A stretch of DNA of 64,000 bases from an uncultured Clostridia bacterium. GTDB lineage: Bacteria > Bacillota > Clostridia > Christensenellales > Borkfalkiaceae. The stretch spans positions 11,798 to 75,797 of the forward strand of contig CALVUC010000002.1 in assembly GCA_944363395.1 (NCBI GenBank), in the 5' to 3' direction. Below, in pieces: positions 63,428 through 64,000 of the stretch (its first letter is position 1; each line of letters starts with the position of its first letter). Below the pieces are notes generated by a model. It saw only the letters and a list, made by a program, of their open reading frames with translations. It did not search any database and had not been told where the DNA came from. The translations under genes were made by a program, and so were the position numbers.

Positions 63428-64000
63428 TCAATTTTCCTCCGCCGCGGCGGCGAGACGGCGCTCCGTCTCGGCGCGGGCAAGGGCGTCGATCATCTCGTCC
63501 AGCCCGCCCGCGAGGAAGTTCTCCATGCCGTGCAGGCTCAGCCCGATGCGGTGATCGGTGATGCGGTCCTGCGGGAAGTTGTAGGTGCGGATGCGCTCGC
63601 TGCGGTCGCCCGTGCCGACGAGGCTCTTCCGGTCGGCGGCTTCCCTGCTCGCCGCGCGCGAAGTATAGAGATCGTACAGCCTGCTCCTGAGCACGCGGTA
63701 CGCCTTTTCCTTGTTTTTGAGCTGGCTGCGCTCGTCCTGACAGGTGACGACGATGCCCGTCGGAAAGTGCGTCAGGCGGATGGCGGTCTCCGTCTTGTTG
63801 ACCTTCTGCCCGCCCGCGCCGGACGAGCGGAACAGATCGACGCGCACGTCCTTTTCGTCGATGGTGACGTCCACGTCCTCCGCTTCGGGAAGGACGGCGA
63901 CGGTGACGGTGGACGTATGGATGCGCCCCTGCGATTCCGTCTCCGGCACGCGCTGGACGCGGTGGACGCCGCTCTCGAACTTGAGGCGGGAGTAGGCGCC
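63428..64000 (-). CDS. prfA: peptide chain release factor 1; N-terminus beyond the window edge
   Basis: [27 protein letters not shown] (GGQ motif), [17 protein letters not shown] are RF1-type rather than RF2-type. Confidence 0.9.
   Translation of the reverse strand, partial: GAYSRLKFESGVHRVQRVPETESQGRIHTSTVTVAVLPEAEDVDVTIDEKDVRVDLFRSSGAGGQKVNKTETAIRLTHFPTGIVVTCQDERSQLKNKEKAYRVLRSRLYDLYTSRAASREAADRKSLVGTGDRSERIRTYNFPQDRITDHRIGLSLHGMENFLAGGLDEMIDALARAETERRLAAAAEEN

Overview
GC-rich chromosomal segment (my estimate about 60-65% GC, not computed) with a Firmicutes/Clostridia-like gene set. I call 43 CDS, 40 of them on the minus strand, and see no rRNA, tRNA, CRISPR array, transposase or integrase.

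Gene order, left to right:
- TM2-domain membrane protein (partial) and a divergent XRE regulator
- gap and fba, divergent
- collagen-like beta-helix lipoprotein
- trkA/trkH potassium uptake
- a 1870-aa SF1 helicase with a restriction-endonuclease-like domain
- housekeeping block tmk-rimM-trmD-rbgA-rnhB-yraN, then degV and a GNAT acetyltransferase
- an 11-gene purine operon, purE-purC-purF-purM-purN-(IMP cyclohydrolase)-purH-purD-purL-fhs-mutY
- ZIP metal transporter
- purine salvage cluster: xpt plus a BMP-type nucleoside ABC transporter
- a 4620-aa repetitive surface protein
- trpS-DUF5685-(J-like Cys-string protein)-membrane protein-rlmD
- thrC, a small P-loop protein, an aspartate aminotransferase, and prfA (partial)

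Candidates most worth follow-up:
1. The giant repeat protein. It has a membrane-helix anchor and an acidic PE-repeat tail instead of a sortase or SLH anchor. Its promoter has a G8 tract inside a short 15-nt spacer. That promoter shares an extended -35 module with the collagen-like lipoprotein gene.
2. The uncharacterised helicase-nuclease with a roughly 365-aa N-terminal region I cannot assign.
3. The conserved but unstudied trio DUF5685 / HPD-less J-like protein with a cysteine-string tail / polytopic membrane protein.
4. The pur operon leader, which carries a strong attenuator hairpin but no riboswitch I can recognise.

None of these is proven novel from sequence alone. All family names come from motif recognition by eye and need HMM or BLAST confirmation. 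The many long antisense ORFs in the track are GC-driven artefacts.
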